This document shows, piece after piece, positions 34,670 through 45,160 of a DNA stretch of 45,223 bases (within the stretch, counting starts at the first letter, position 1; each line of letters opens with the position of its first letter). The DNA is from Candidatus Woesearchaeota archaeon CG1_02_57_44 (GTDB taxonomy: Archaea > Nanobdellota > Nanobdellia > Woesearchaeales > CG1-02-57-44). The notes under the pieces were generated by a model. That model was given only the letters and a program-made list of their open reading frames with translations, was not told the DNA's origin and ran no database searches. The stretch spans positions 1 through 45,223 of the forward strand of contig MNWW01000042.1 of assembly GCA_001871415.1 (NCBI GenBank). The letters run 5' to 3'. The translations under genes were made by a program, and so were the position numbers.

Positions 34670-36160
34670 TCACACCAGCACCTTCTCCAGCAGCCACTGC
34701 CTGAGCTTGGCTATCGGCACACGCACCTGCTCGGTAGAATCCCTGTCGCGCACGGTCACGTCCTTGCTTTCGATACTGTCGAAGTCTATGGTCACGCAGA
34801 AGGGCACACCGGTCTCATCAGCGCGCGCGTACCTTCGGCCGATGCTGCCGGAGCTGTCCAGCTGCGTGGGCATGATTGCGCGCAACTCGTGATGGACCTG
34901 CTCTGCAAGCGCCACGAGCTCGGGCTTGTTCTTGAGCAGCGGGAAGATAGCGGCCTTGATTGGCGCGAGCCTCGGATGCAAAGCCAAGACGACATTGCCG
35001 CGCTCCTTGTCGTCGCGGTACGCTTCATACAGGAAGACCAGGAACGCGCGCTCCACGCCCTGACTGGGCTCGGCAATGACGTGCGGCACGACCTTCTGCT
35101 GGGTCGCCTCATCGAAGATGGCAAGGTCCTTGCCTGATTCCTTCGCGTGCTGGGAGAGGTCAAAATCCGTCCTATTGGCCATGCCCTGCAATTCCTTCCA
35201 GCCGAAGGGGAAGTTATACTCCAGGTCCCAGGTGTCAAGGGCATAGTGGCTCTTCTCATCAGCCAGGTGCTGACGGATGCGCAGGTTCTCCGGCCTGACG
35301 CCGAGAGAGACGAACCACTGGTGCTCCATGGCCAGCCAATAAGCATGCCATTCCGTCTTGATGATACCCTTCTCCAACGCCTCGCCCATGGAGCGCACTA
35401 TCGCGCCGGTCTCCTTGGCCTGTGCGTCAGTGTCGAGAATAAGGAGGCGATAGTCCTTGACTTCCTGCAAGTACGGGCAGGACTGCTCGGTCGGGTGCAC
35501 GAAGTACTCAAGCTCCATCTGCTCAAACTCGCGGCAGCGGAACAGGAAATTCCTCGGGCTTATCTCATTGCGAAAGGCTTTTCCCATCTGTGCGATGCCA
35601 AAGGGCAGCTTCACGCGGCCGATGTCATTGACCGCCTTGAAGTCAGCGAAGATGAGCTGCGCTGTCTCGGGGCGCAGGTAGGCCACGTTCTCGTCCACGG
35701 TAGGACCGATGTGCGTGGTGAACATGAGGTTGAATGGTCTTGCCTTTCCCAGCAGGCCCTTGCACTTGGGGCACACTATTGCATGGTCAGTGATCGCGGC
35801 GTCCAGATCCGCCGGCTTCATGCCGTCAGCGGGCTTCCTGGTCGCGTCCTCGACCAGCGTGTCAGCGCGATGTCTGCTGTGGCATTTTTCGCACTCGACC
35901 AGGACGTCAGTAAATGAGTCCACATGGCCGGACGCCTTCCAGACACGGGGGCTAGCTAGTATCGCGCCATCGATACCCACCACGTCATCGCGCTGCTGCA
36001 CATGATAGCGCCACCAGGCGGCCTTGATATTGCTCTTGAGCTCGACGCCCAGGGGGCCATAGTCAAATACTCCCGCGACGCCGCCGTAGAGTTCTGAATT
36101 CGGGAAGATAAGGCCTTTCTTCTTGCAGAAGGTGGCCATCTCGTCAATGGTGATTGTCAT
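34670..36160 (-). CDS. glyS: Glycyl-tRNA synthetase (alpha2 type)
   Basis: DYGPLG, WKASGH, YLRPETAQ, GKAFRNEISPR, REFEQME, EPSQGVER, GSIGRRYAR. Confidence 0.97.
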   Translation of the reverse strand: MTITIDEMATFCKKKGLIFPNSELYGGVAGVFDYGPLGVELKSNIKAAWWRYHVQQRDDVVGIDGAILASPRVWKASGHVDSFTDVLVECEKCHSRHRADTLVEDATRKPADGMKPADLDAAITDHAIVCPKCKGLLGKARPFNLMFTTHIGPTVDENVAYLRPETAQLIFADFKAVNDIGRVKLPFGIAQMGKAFRNEISPRNFLFRCREFEQMELEYFVHPTEQSCPYLQEVKDYRLLILDTDAQAKETGAIVRSMGEALEKGIIKTEWHAYWLAMEHQWFVSLGVRPENLRIRQHLADEKSHYALDTWDLEYNFPFGWKELQGMANRTDFDLSQHAKESGKDLAIFDEATQQKVVPHVIAEPSQGVERAFLVFLYEAYRDDKERGNVVLALHPRLAPIKAAIFPLLKNKPELVALAEQVHHELRAIMPTQLDSSGSIGRRYARADETGVPFCVTIDFDSIESKDVTVRDRDSTEQVRVPIAKLRQWLLEKVLV

Positions 36161-36186
36161 GGGGATGTCGCATGCTCTGTCTTGTT

Positions 36187-37539
36187 TTAAAGGTTTTTGT
36201 TATTGAGTATCTGTTCCATCTTATTCTCGAACTCCTTGCTCCTGAAAAATACCATCCTCTTCCCTTCGGTCTTGCTCATGAGAAATCCTTCGCGCATCAA
36301 TCCTAACAGATCGGTTCTGGCTGTCTGGTAGACCACAGCAAATATCTCCTGCGCTTCTTTGATTGTCATTATCCGCGATGCATCCTGATAAAACTCTGAG
36401 ACGATGTGTATCTGCCTTGGATTCAGATTCCCCCATTTCCTGATGGCCACTAGTTTCTGTTTCTCCTTCTGCTTCTTTTCTATGTGCTCTTTCAATGCTG
36501 TCATCCCTTTTACTATGGCCTCAAGATGGTATTTTACAAAATAGGTCAGGTCGTTGTCATCCTCTTCTGTGTAGCGATATGCTTTTGCATATCTTGCAGG
36601 GGCATTCTTGAAAATGCGTGATATGGACACATACCTCATGAGCAAGTAGTGCTCCTTGAGCATGTACCAATAGAACAATGCCCGTGCCGTTCTTCCGTTC
36701 CCATCCTCGAATGGATGTATGTAGCCAATGAGAAAATGCAGGATGCACGCTTTTATCACAGGGTGCACGTATGTCTCGTGACTGGTCTTATTCGCGAATG
36801 CGCAAAGATTCTCCATATACGCGGGCACTTCCTTGTATGAGGGGGGGATGTGCGCGATCTCTCCTGTCATCACATCGACGACACGCACTTCATCATTATC
36901 CCGATATCGTCCTGCCCATCCATCGTGGTCCAAAGTGCCTCTTGTTATAGTCTTCTGGATGGTCACAATCTTTTCTGGAGTCATCTCCTCTTTTACCCAC
37001 TCTTGTATCAGCTGTATGGTCTCGTAATTGTTCGCTATCATCTGCTCGTTCTTGTTTCGTGGTTTCCTCTTGGTCCTGAGCATCTCCTTGGCCACTTTTC
37101 TTGTCGTCGCAGCACCTTCTAATTGGCTTGAGGCGATGGCTTCTTCCATCAATGAGCTGAGCAACAGTTGTGTCTGCTCCTGTTTGGGGATGATGCCATC
37201 GCTCTGAAGCGAACCGCCAACATTCAAGTCGATCTCGTGCAATTTCTCCTGTATCCAGCGGGACGCTGACACATTCAATGCAAACCCTCCCTGGGGGTCA
37301 TTCAATGGATTGAGGTGTGTGGCGCTCAAGGCTCTCCCCGTCTTTATCAGCATCCATGCTTCATGAGGTTTGAGGTTCTCAGGAGCTTGCCTATGTTGTA
37401 CTTCTTCCCAATACCAATACTTGTCATTGGCCTCTATCACATACTGCTGAACCTCCCTGTTCTCCAGCAGGGCGCCTAGTCGCTCGATGAAGGACGCGCC
37501 CAGTCTCTCACTACTCAACGACCTTTTTCTTGGCTTCAT
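36187..37539 (-). CDS. Fic family protein (class II, internal inhibitory helix) with C-terminal wHTH
   Basis: HPFEDGNGRTAR; SSQLEG inhibitory motif; YQTARTDLLGL wHTH-like end; visibly lower GC than flanks. Confidence 0.92.
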   Translation of the reverse strand: MKPRKRSLSSERLGASFIERLGALLENREVQQYVIEANDKYWYWEEVQHRQAPENLKPHEAWMLIKTGRALSATHLNPLNDPQGGFALNVSASRWIQEKLHEIDLNVGGSLQSDGIIPKQEQTQLLLSSLMEEAIASSQLEGAATTRKVAKEMLRTKRKPRNKNEQMIANNYETIQLIQEWVKEEMTPEKIVTIQKTITRGTLDHDGWAGRYRDNDEVRVVDVMTGEIAHIPPSYKEVPAYMENLCAFANKTSHETYVHPVIKACILHFLIGYIHPFEDGNGRTARALFYWYMLKEHYLLMRYVSISRIFKNAPARYAKAYRYTEEDDNDLTYFVKYHLEAIVKGMTALKEHIEKKQKEKQKLVAIRKWGNLNPRQIHIVSEFYQDASRIMTIKEAQEIFAVVYQTARTDLLGLMREGFLMSKTEGKRMVFFRSKEFENKMEQILNNKNL

Positions 37540-37571
37540 TCTGTGGGTGGGCGGTCATGCTCCTATATATT

Positions 37572-37643
37572 GATTACTAATTTCGATATAAATTAGTAAT
37601 CTTTTTCCTATGTTTATTACTAATATATGTATTAATTAGTAGT
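37572..37643. promoter_or_regulatory. Two palindromic operators ATTACTAAT-N10-ATTAGTA(A/G)T
   Basis: 37572-37601 (12-bp perfect arms) and 37616-37643, next to the TATATAT at 37564-37570. Confidence 0.75.
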
Positions 37644-37722
37644 TATCATTTGCGATTCTGCTATCTCCTTATGCTCTATCCTTGTGCAAAACCATAAAAA
37701 ACCCCCTGCATTCTGTTTTTCC

Positions 37723-39165
37723 ATGCGCCTCTACAACACCGCCAGCAGAAAACTCGAGGAATTCAAGCCGCTAAAGGAGGGCAAGGTCGCTATCTACAGC
37801 TGCGGGCCAACGGTCTATGATTACGCGCACATCGGCAATTTCCGCGCGTTCCTGTTCGCGGACCTGGTCAGAAGGTGGTTTCGGTTCAACAAGTATCAGG
37901 TCACGCAGGTCATGAATATAACAGACGTGGATGACAAAATCATCAAGAAGGCGACGGCCAAGGGAGTCACGGCGCAGGACATCACCAAGGAATACGAGCA
38001 GGCGTTCTATGATGACCTTGCCACGCTCAACATCGAGCGCTTCGATGTCCATCCGCGCGCCACCGAACATATCGATGAGATGGTCGCCATGATACAATCC
38101 CTGCTGGACAAGGGCATCGCCTATAAGGCAGACGATGGCAGCATCTACTACTCTGTCGCCAAGTTCCCCGGCTATGGTACCTTCGCGCACCTGGACCTAG
38201 CAGGCATGCAGGAAGGCGCCCGGGTCAAGAACGACGAATACACCAAAGACGCTGCCCATGACTTTGCGCTCTGGAAAGCGTGGGATGCCGATGATGGCGA
38301 GGTCTATTGGGAGACGCCATTGGGCAAGGGCAGGCCGGGCTGGCACATCGAATGCAGCGCCATGAGCACCAAGTATCTCGGCAGCACGTTTGATATCCAC
38401 ACGGGCGGCATCGACCTGGTGTTTCCGCACCATCAGAACGAGATAGCGCAGAGCGAGGGCGCGTCCGGCAAGCCATTCGCGCGCTACTGGCTGCACAACG
38501 AGCATCTGCTCGTCGAAGGAAAGAAGATGTCAAAGTCCCTGGGCAATTTCTTCACGCTGCGCGACCTGCTGGGCAAGGGCATCGACCCGCGAGCGCTGCG
38601 GCTCACGCTGCTGTCCGCGCACTACCGCCAGCAGCTCAACTTCACGATGGAAGGGCTGGACGGATGGGAACGCGCTCTGCGACGCATTGATGATGCCTAT
38701 CTGGTCAGTGCCCCTGCTGCTGATGCTGCTGGACCCATTGCTGATGCTATAACAGTTGCTGACGGCGCCGCGCCGCAGGGTGCGGACAGGGCGATCGATG
38801 ATATTCGTTCGCAATTCAAGGACGCGCTCGCCGACGACCTGAATACCTCGGTTGCTCTCGCCGCCGTGTTCGAGATGGTCAAGCTCGCCAACGCGGCCGC
38901 GGGCATGGGCCCTGCCGGCGAAACGTTGCTCGCCGCAGACAAGGCAGCCCTGCATGACGGCCTCGCTGACTTCTATGCGGTCTTCGGTATCAGCCTGCCT
39001 GAAGCGGTGCAGATTCCTCAGGACATCCTGGACCTCGCCGCGCAACGTGAGACGCATCGGGCGCGCAAGGAATGGGCGCAGGCGGACGCTATCAGGCAGC
39101 AGGTCGCTGAGCGGGGCTATCGCATCGATGACACTGACGCAGGACCTTCTGTGGTGCGAGCATGA
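37723..39165 (+). CDS. cysS: Cysteinyl-tRNA synthetase
   Basis: [42 protein letters not shown]. Confidence 0.97.
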   Translation: MRLYNTASRKLEEFKPLKEGKVAIYSCGPTVYDYAHIGNFRAFLFADLVRRWFRFNKYQVTQVMNITDVDDKIIKKATAKGVTAQDITKEYEQAFYDDLATLNIERFDVHPRATEHIDEMVAMIQSLLDKGIAYKADDGSIYYSVAKFPGYGTFAHLDLAGMQEGARVKNDEYTKDAAHDFALWKAWDADDGEVYWETPLGKGRPGWHIECSAMSTKYLGSTFDIHTGGIDLVFPHHQNEIAQSEGASGKPFARYWLHNEHLLVEGKKMSKSLGNFFTLRDLLGKGIDPRALRLTLLSAHYRQQLNFTMEGLDGWERALRRIDDAYLVSAPAADAAGPIADAITVADGAAPQGADRAIDDIRSQFKDALADDLNTSVALAAVFEMVKLANAAAGMGPAGETLLAADKAALHDGLADFYAVFGISLPEAVQIPQDILDLAAQRETHRARKEWAQADAIRQQVAERGYRIDDTDAGPSVVRA

Positions 39166-40211
39166 ATCCGGCGCAGGAGATCATCAATCGCATGAAGTTC
39201 GCGGTAGGCCTCATGCTTGGCCTCATCGGCCTTTCCACCTATGGGTTCATGCATATCATGGACTGGAGCTTGATTGACGCGTTGTGGATGACCGTCATGA
39301 CCATCACTACGGTCGGTTATGCTGAGGTGCATCCCCTCAACACTGTTGGTCGAATCTTCGCCATGTTCGTGATGCTGCTGGGCGTCGGCATCGTGTTCTG
39401 GGCACTCGGTCTCATCGTGCAATTATTCGTCGGAGAGGAAGTCAAGAATATCCTGGAGCTGAAACGCATGGAAAAAAACATCACCAAACTCAAGGGCCAC
39501 TACATCGTCGTCCACTACGGCCTTATCGGTCGGGGTATCGTGGAGGCATTCAGGCGTCGCAATACCCCCTTTGTCGTCATCGAAGACAGGCCAGAGCAGC
39601 TGCGGTTGCTCAAGGAGTCAAAATGCCTCTATATTGACGGCAATCCGCAGAGCGATAAATCCATGCACGCCGCTGGCATAGAACGGGCACGCGCCGTGCT
39701 CATCGCCGGTGATGACATGGCGGACAACCTGGTCGTAGTACTCACGGTCAAGGGACTCAACAAGGATGCCACAGTCATCGCGAAAGCGCACGACGCGGAG
39801 AGCGAGAAGAAGCTGCGCCGCGCGGGAGCTGACATGGTCGTCAGCTCCGCGAGCATCGCGGCCAACAGGATGGCCAGCGTGGCATTGCGGCCCACGGTCG
39901 TGGATTTCCTCGACACGGCCATGCAGGCAGAGGGCGCTGAGCTGGAGATGGAGGAGATCCCTGTTGAAGAGGGAGCCCCTGCAGCGACCAAGACCATCGC
40001 AGATACACGTATCCGGGATGTCACGGGGAGCATCGTCATCGGCATCGTCAAGAAGGACGGGCGCATGCGCACCAACCCCTCCGGGGCGGAGCGCCTGGAC
40101 ATCGGCGACAAGATAGTCGCCATCGGCAGCGAAGAGCAGCTCGACAAGCTCTGGCATATGCTGGCCAAGCAGGAGCGCACCACGTACAATGGCATGCGGA
40201 GGGCCGGCTGA
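39162..40211 (+). CDS. Potassium channel protein (MthK-like pore plus RCK_N and RCK_C)
   Basis: 2 TM with pore loop TITTVGYAE; TrkA-N and TrkA-C domains. Confidence 0.9.
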   Translation: MNPAQEIINRMKFAVGLMLGLIGLSTYGFMHIMDWSLIDALWMTVMTITTVGYAEVHPLNTVGRIFAMFVMLLGVGIVFWALGLIVQLFVGEEVKNILELKRMEKNITKLKGHYIVVHYGLIGRGIVEAFRRRNTPFVVIEDRPEQLRLLKESKCLYIDGNPQSDKSMHAAGIERARAVLIAGDDMADNLVVVLTVKGLNKDATVIAKAHDAESEKKLRRAGADMVVSSASIAANRMASVALRPTVVDFLDTAMQAEGAELEMEEIPVEEGAPAATKTIADTRIRDVTGSIVIGIVKKDGRMRTNPSGAERLDIGDKIVAIGSEEQLDKLWHMLAKQERTTYNGMRRAG

Positions 40212-41380
40212 TGTGGGCGCTGCGGCATCGTCCCTCCCTGGCTGAGCTCCCGGAGAGCAGCGTCAAGGCGCTGTCGCAGGCCATCGACAGGAAGAGGCCC
40301 GTGATCATCGTAGGCAGGACCGGCACGGGCAAGACGACGCTGGTCTATGCGCTCGCTGACGAGCGGGACTGGGAAGTCGTCGAGCTCTCTGCGTCAGATG
40401 TCCGCGGAGCCAAGGCCATCGAAGCCATCCTCGGTCCTGCCAGCACGCAGATGTCATTGTTCTCCAAGAGCAAGCTCATCCTCATCGATGATATCGATGC
40501 GCTCTCTGACAGAGGAGGGCTGCCGCAGATAGAGCGGCTGCTCCAGAGCAGCGCGTTCCCTGTCGTCATGACCGCGCAGTCGCTCACGGACAAGCTGTCC
40601 AAGATCAAGCGAAAGTCAGCGATCATCACCATGCCGGACCTCGGGTTCTCCGGGGTCAAGGCCGTGCTGCTTAGGGTCAGGGATGAGGAGGGCGCAAGCG
40701 TACCTGATGAGGTGGTGGCGGAGATCGCCGCCCAATGCGGCCCGGACCTGCGGGCAGCCATCACGGACCTTGAGGTGGTGGCCGCGCTGTCCAAGCAGCG
40801 TCCCGTGGCGAAGGCGGATGTCATCGGTCTCGGGCAGCGCGGGCAGGCGGAGAGCATCAGTCAGGCGCTGCTCAAGGTGCTCAAGACGACCAATCTGGAT
40901 GTGGCACTGCGAGCATTCGATTCCATCGATGAGGATCCAGATACCATCTTCCTCTGGGTGGAAGAGAACATGCAGCATGAGTACACAGGCGCTGACCTCG
41001 CACGAGGCATGGATGTGCTGAGCAAGGCGGACATCCTGCGCGGTCGGATACGTCGTCGTCAGTACTGGCGGCTGCTCGCCTACATCATGCCGATGCTGTC
41101 CGGAGGAGTAGCTGCCGCCAAGGACGCGAAGCGACCGGGCATGAGCGACTATAAACGCTCGGACAGGATATTGCAGATGTGGATAGCCAAGAACCGGTGG
41201 AAAAAAGCCATCGACATCGCGGCAAAGCTTGGGGCGGCGACGCATTGCAGCAGCCGGGAGGCGCGTCAGGATGCTCTGCCCTATGTGCATGCGACGGCCA
41301 AACGGCAGAAAGCGTTCCGTGAGGCATTGGCCAGTGAGCTGGAGCTCGACGCTGAGCAGACCGCATGGCTCGCGGGGTGA
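40211..41380 (+). CDS. rfcL: Replication factor C large subunit
   Basis: WALRHRP, GRTGTGKT, ELSASD, DLRAAITDLE, WVEEN, GRIRRRQYWRL. Confidence 0.92.
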   Translation: MWALRHRPSLAELPESSVKALSQAIDRKRPVIIVGRTGTGKTTLVYALADERDWEVVELSASDVRGAKAIEAILGPASTQMSLFSKSKLILIDDIDALSDRGGLPQIERLLQSSAFPVVMTAQSLTDKLSKIKRKSAIITMPDLGFSGVKAVLLRVRDEEGASVPDEVVAEIAAQCGPDLRAAITDLEVVAALSKQRPVAKADVIGLGQRGQAESISQALLKVLKTTNLDVALRAFDSIDEDPDTIFLWVEENMQHEYTGADLARGMDVLSKADILRGRIRRRQYWRLLAYIMPMLSGGVAAAKDAKRPGMSDYKRSDRILQMWIAKNRWKKAIDIAAKLGAATHCSSREARQDALPYVHATAKRQKAFREALASELELDAEQTAWLAG

Positions 41381-41482
41381 GGAGGGTATCCTGTTACGGG
41401 TCCTGTGTTTCCCTTGTCAACTGTGCCTTAGGCAGTCCATGCTTGGCGCAAAATATTTATGCCTTGGCGCTGCTCATCATCC

Positions 41483-41827
41483 ATGGGCACTGATGCCGTA
41501 GAACCGGTGCGCTTGCTTTATGCAGGCGCTGATTCCACCTTCCCTTCCGATCTGCATACCATATATCCTAATCTCTTCGTCGACATCTTCGATGCGCATA
41601 CGCCTGTGGATCCTGCGCAGTACACAGGGCTTCTCATCGGGAGGGCAGGCGTCGAGGCCATGTCTCAGGACCATGCTGCGCTCAGGTCAGGAGCGTGGGA
41701 CGGGCTCGCAGGGCGCATCAGCGTGATCGAGATAGATGACAGGTTTGGCGCTGGCTCCTGGCAGCTGCGCCAGCGGCTAGAGCAAGCAGGAATCCCTCTT
41801 GATGCGCCAGGTGATCTGTGGCCGTGA
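41483..41827 (+). CDS. Hypothetical protein
   Basis: About 114 aa; ATATTTAT about 25 nt upstream. Confidence 0.5.
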   Translation: MGTDAVEPVRLLYAGADSTFPSDLHTIYPNLFVDIFDAHTPVDPAQYTGLLIGRAGVEAMSQDHAALRSGAWDGLAGRISVIEIDDRFGAGSWQLRQRLEQAGIPLDAPGDLWP

Positions 41828-41918
41828 TCCACCTTGATTTGCCTTGACTCGCCTTGATCCTGGAGGCATCCACAGGGATATGGTAAATTCTTTATAGATG
41901 TCATAGTTCTATGGGGAT

Positions 41919-42884
41919 ATGGCCAGATTCACTCGCAGGCTCCAGGAGATTGCCGGCTCATTGCTTGTCTCGGTTCCGCGCGAATGGGCGCGTCAGCTGG
42001 GGCTTGATAAGGGAAGTGAAGTGGATGTACGCATCGACTCTGGTGTGCTGCGGGTCGGTCCGAAGGGAAGCATCATCAACAAGGGCGAGGAGGCGACTGT
42101 CTCCGGTCCGCATGCGGAGAGCAAGCTGCTCGCGGCATATCTCTCAGGCGCCTCTGTCATCCGGGTGCGCAAGGCGAGTAAGCCTTCGGTGCTCAGATTT
42201 GTCCGTGAGCGGCTACTGGGTGTGGAGCTCGCAAACGATGGCAAGGCACTCGTGTTCTCGGTCACGCCTCCTTCCCTTGGCATCGACGAGGCGTTCCGTC
42301 GCATGTTCTTCCTCACGCTGGGCATGTTCGATGACCTGCTCTCGCCTGAGGACGAGGTATCTGCGCACGAGAACGCACAGGCCATCGCGGCAAAGGACAT
42401 CGAGGTCACCAGAGTGTATCATCATCTCATCCGTGAGGTTCGACGGTTCCTCGCGTCCGGCGGCTTCGCCGTGCAGGAGCCGGGGTTGCTGCGCGCTGTC
42501 GACTATCGTATGGCGGCGGAGAAGATAGAACGCATCGGTGACGCGCTGAAAGATACGGCGGCAGAACCCAGAGGATGCGTCGCAGAGAAGACCGTCAAGG
42601 AACTTCGCGACGCGTATGAATCAGCGGTCCACGCGTTCCTCAAGAACAGTCTCGCTGATGCCATCGCGGCAAGGCAGAAGGCGGTATTGGTCAGGAAAAA
42701 GATAGCACTGCTGCAAGATGCTGGAAGGGCGACGATGGAGAAGAGACGAGCAGGAGCTCCTGCGGTGCCCAGGGTCGCTAGCGCGCGGGTCTATGCATCA
42801 GGCATCGCCTGCGCAGGCACGCAGCACGCGCTGCATGACATCGCAGGGCACTGCGCGGAGATAGCGAATCTCTGCTCGGGGTGA
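41919..42884 (+). CDS. AbrB-PhoU family phosphate uptake regulator
   Basis: RRLQEIAGSLLVSVPREWA (AbrB), LLAAYLSG, EKIERIGD (PhoU repeat). Confidence 0.85.
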   Translation: MARFTRRLQEIAGSLLVSVPREWARQLGLDKGSEVDVRIDSGVLRVGPKGSIINKGEEATVSGPHAESKLLAAYLSGASVIRVRKASKPSVLRFVRERLLGVELANDGKALVFSVTPPSLGIDEAFRRMFFLTLGMFDDLLSPEDEVSAHENAQAIAAKDIEVTRVYHHLIREVRRFLASGGFAVQEPGLLRAVDYRMAAEKIERIGDALKDTAAEPRGCVAEKTVKELRDAYESAVHAFLKNSLADAIAARQKAVLVRKKIALLQDAGRATMEKRRAGAPAVPRVASARVYASGIACAGTQHALHDIAGHCAEIANLCSG

Positions 42885-42954
42885 TCGCACGTATCTCGCG
42901 TTGCTGTAGAGAAACGCAGTTATCCGCTTCTGGTAGCATGGTATAGATGCTGTG

Positions 42955-43629
42955 CTATAGCTTGCGCATCACATAGAACCGATGGTCCATGGTGAATGGC
43001 CGCAGGTCCAGCTCTTCGAGAATCTGGAACATGCCCTTGAGCTCGCCTCGCACCTGCGCGAAGATATCCGCGGGGTTCCTCGCGACATCGATGCTTCGCG
43101 CCTTGCAGCAGAGGAATGCTGTTCCTCCCTGCTTAAGGAGCATCTGCGCGTTGCGCTTGAGGATGTCCACCTGGTTTCGCTGCGCGACATCCTGATAGAG
43201 TATCTCGGCAGGCCAGACGCGCGGCGCGTAGGTGATGGGCTGATTCGCGTCGGCGATGATCGGAGCGATATTGCCGCGCTTCTTGGCAAGGAGCATGAGC
43301 TGGCGGCCTGTGTCAGGGCTGAATTCCACAGCGAAGATCATGCCCTCCGGGCAGAGGTCTGAAACATGGCTGACGGTCGTGCCTGACGCTGCTCCCAGAT
43401 AGAGCACGGTGGAGTCGTTGTCGAAGGGAAACTGGCGCATGCCTTTCCTGATGGCAGCGCACAGCTTGCTGCGCTTTGGTACCCACTCGCGCCACTGGCC
43501 GTCCTTGCGCGTGAAGGTCTTCTCTCCATAGACAGGCCCTTTCACCAGCGCCTTGGTGAATGTGGCTTTCTTCTCCACAATCAGGAGGGGATTGTCAACC
43601 TTCTCTGCGCCCATGCGATCGCCCTTCAT
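42955..43629 (-). CDS. flpA: Fibrillarin-like rRNA/tRNA 2'-O-methyltransferase
   Basis: VYGE, REWVPKRSKL, VLYLGAASGTTVSHVSD, AVEFS, YQDVAQ, KARSID. Confidence 0.96.
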   Translation of the reverse strand: MKGDRMGAEKVDNPLLIVEKKATFTKALVKGPVYGEKTFTRKDGQWREWVPKRSKLCAAIRKGMRQFPFDNDSTVLYLGAASGTTVSHVSDLCPEGMIFAVEFSPDTGRQLMLLAKKRGNIAPIIADANQPITYAPRVWPAEILYQDVAQRNQVDILKRNAQMLLKQGGTAFLCCKARSIDVARNPADIFAQVRGELKGMFQILEELDLRPFTMDHRFYVMRKL

Positions 43630-44603
43630 CGCTTTCGCCTCGCAAGACGCTGCTGGAGTTGCTCGACGATATCCGCGCCCTTGTAGAAGTCGACGCGCGC
43701 AGCCATGCTGATGGTATCAGCAAGGGCCCTCGCTCTCCTACCATGCTCGCGCGGCGGCGCTTCCTGGATGTATGGATGGTTGACGATGATGCCATGCTTC
43801 GGGGGCCTTGCTCCAGTGCGCAGGTGACGGAACAATGCTTTCTCGGCGCCGAGCATCTGCACGGTGCTGGCCGGCAGTCTCGCCAGATGCTCCATGCCGC
43901 CGGCGAGCGCGATGAGCCGCGCTGCCATGGTAGGTCCAGCTATGGCAGCAAGGTTAGGCGCGTTGGCCTTGAGCGATTCGGCGAGATACGCCTCAAGGTC
44001 CAGGCGTGATTGTTCCAAGGCCTCTGCCTGAGCGGCAAGGGCCTGCAAGGCCTTCTGCTCCCTTGGATGGATTCCTGCGCCCATCTCCTGCTCAGGAGCG
44101 TCATGGGCAAGCTTGGTCAGGATAAGGCTGCCTTTATGCTTCTCGCTCTGCTCCGGGTAATAGAGTGAGAGCCAGTCGCCAAGGCGCTTGAGCTGCGCGT
44201 TGAGCTGACGCTCAAGCTCATCAAGAGCGTGCACGGCCTTCATCGCCTCGGTGTCAAAGGTGACTGAGGCCTTCACGGCCTGCGCAGAGAGCCGGATGTT
44301 TTCCTCACGCAGCTGCTGGGCTCGCTCCTGCAGGGCTGCTGTCAGGAATGAGATCTTTCTGGGGTCTGAGGTGAGTGTGATATTCTCGTGCTTTGTCTCT
44401 TTTGGCGTGAGCATATACACTTTCTGCTTGCCTGTTGTCGAGGCATGCGCCGCTTCGCCGGTGGCCGCAAGGTCCAGCTCCTTCTGGATATACTCGCCTC
44501 TGCAGATGGCCTGCAGCTCCTCTGGATCGAGAGGGATGGTCTCCTGTACCTTGCCTTGGTCATCCATGCGCAGGATGCCCAACGCGGTGCTGGCGAGTAT
44601 CAT
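43626..44603 (-). CDS. nop5: C/D box RNP subunit Nop5 (Nop56/58)
   Basis: APNL, LAGG, LPASTVQMLGAEKALFRHL, PPKHG, AARVDF; start placed at ATG 44603. Confidence 0.93.
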   Translation of the reverse strand: MILASTALGILRMDDQGKVQETIPLDPEELQAICRGEYIQKELDLAATGEAAHASTTGKQKVYMLTPKETKHENITLTSDPRKISFLTAALQERAQQLREENIRLSAQAVKASVTFDTEAMKAVHALDELERQLNAQLKRLGDWLSLYYPEQSEKHKGSLILTKLAHDAPEQEMGAGIHPREQKALQALAAQAEALEQSRLDLEAYLAESLKANAPNLAAIAGPTMAARLIALAGGMEHLARLPASTVQMLGAEKALFRHLRTGARPPKHGIIVNHPYIQEAPPREHGRRARALADTISMAARVDFYKGADIVEQLQQRLARRKR

Positions 44604-44730
44604 TGTTATGACAGGACAATCCGTCTTTTTAAAAGCATTTGGATGTGAGGGGTGTTTATCTGCTGCATTAGGCGGTTCCGGGGTCCTGTTAGGATAATGT
44701 TTAAATAATCCATCCTGCTTTAGTCTCGTT

Positions 44731-45159
44731 ATGGCACGAGCAGCTCCCTCTACATCACGCAGCGCATCCCGCACCAAGGCCTCACCTGTTCAACGCACTT
44801 CCACTTCGCCAAAGCGTGAGCCTCACAAAGAGCTCACGGCATGGACGCACACGGCGCTCATCGTGCCGCTCGTGGCCGCCTTCGCGTGGTTCGTCTCGCT
44901 CACCAGCAACCCTGTCATCAACCCCAGCAGCATGGTCATGGCCTCGCCATCACAGCGCGAGTCCATCATCCTGACCGTGTTCGTGTTCATCGTCAGCTAT
45001 TCCTTGTTCCTGCTCATCTTCTACGCCTTTGTGCTCAAGCGCAGGTATTTCTCCGCAGCGCCTGTGGCTGTAGGCGCTGGCTCAGGATATATGCCGATGA
45101 GCGGATCAGCGGGCAAGGCAAAGGTTTCCGCCAGAAAGGCAAAGACCAAGAAGAAGTAG
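44731..45159 (+). CDS. 2-TM membrane protein with Lys-rich C-terminal tail
   Basis: Two hydrophobic helices; ends KAKVSARKAKTKKK; TTTAAATA upstream. Confidence 0.65.
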   Translation: MARAAPSTSRSASRTKASPVQRTSTSPKREPHKELTAWTHTALIVPLVAAFAWFVSLTSNPVINPSSMVMASPSQRESIILTVFVFIVSYSLFLLIFYAFVLKRRYFSAAPVAVGAGSGYMPMSGSAGKAKVSARKAKTKKK

Positions 45160-45160
45160 G

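Noticed and set aside
34604..34670. Possible C/D sRNA between the TrmB fragment and glyS
   Set aside because: TGATG motifs are present but no properly placed CTGA box.
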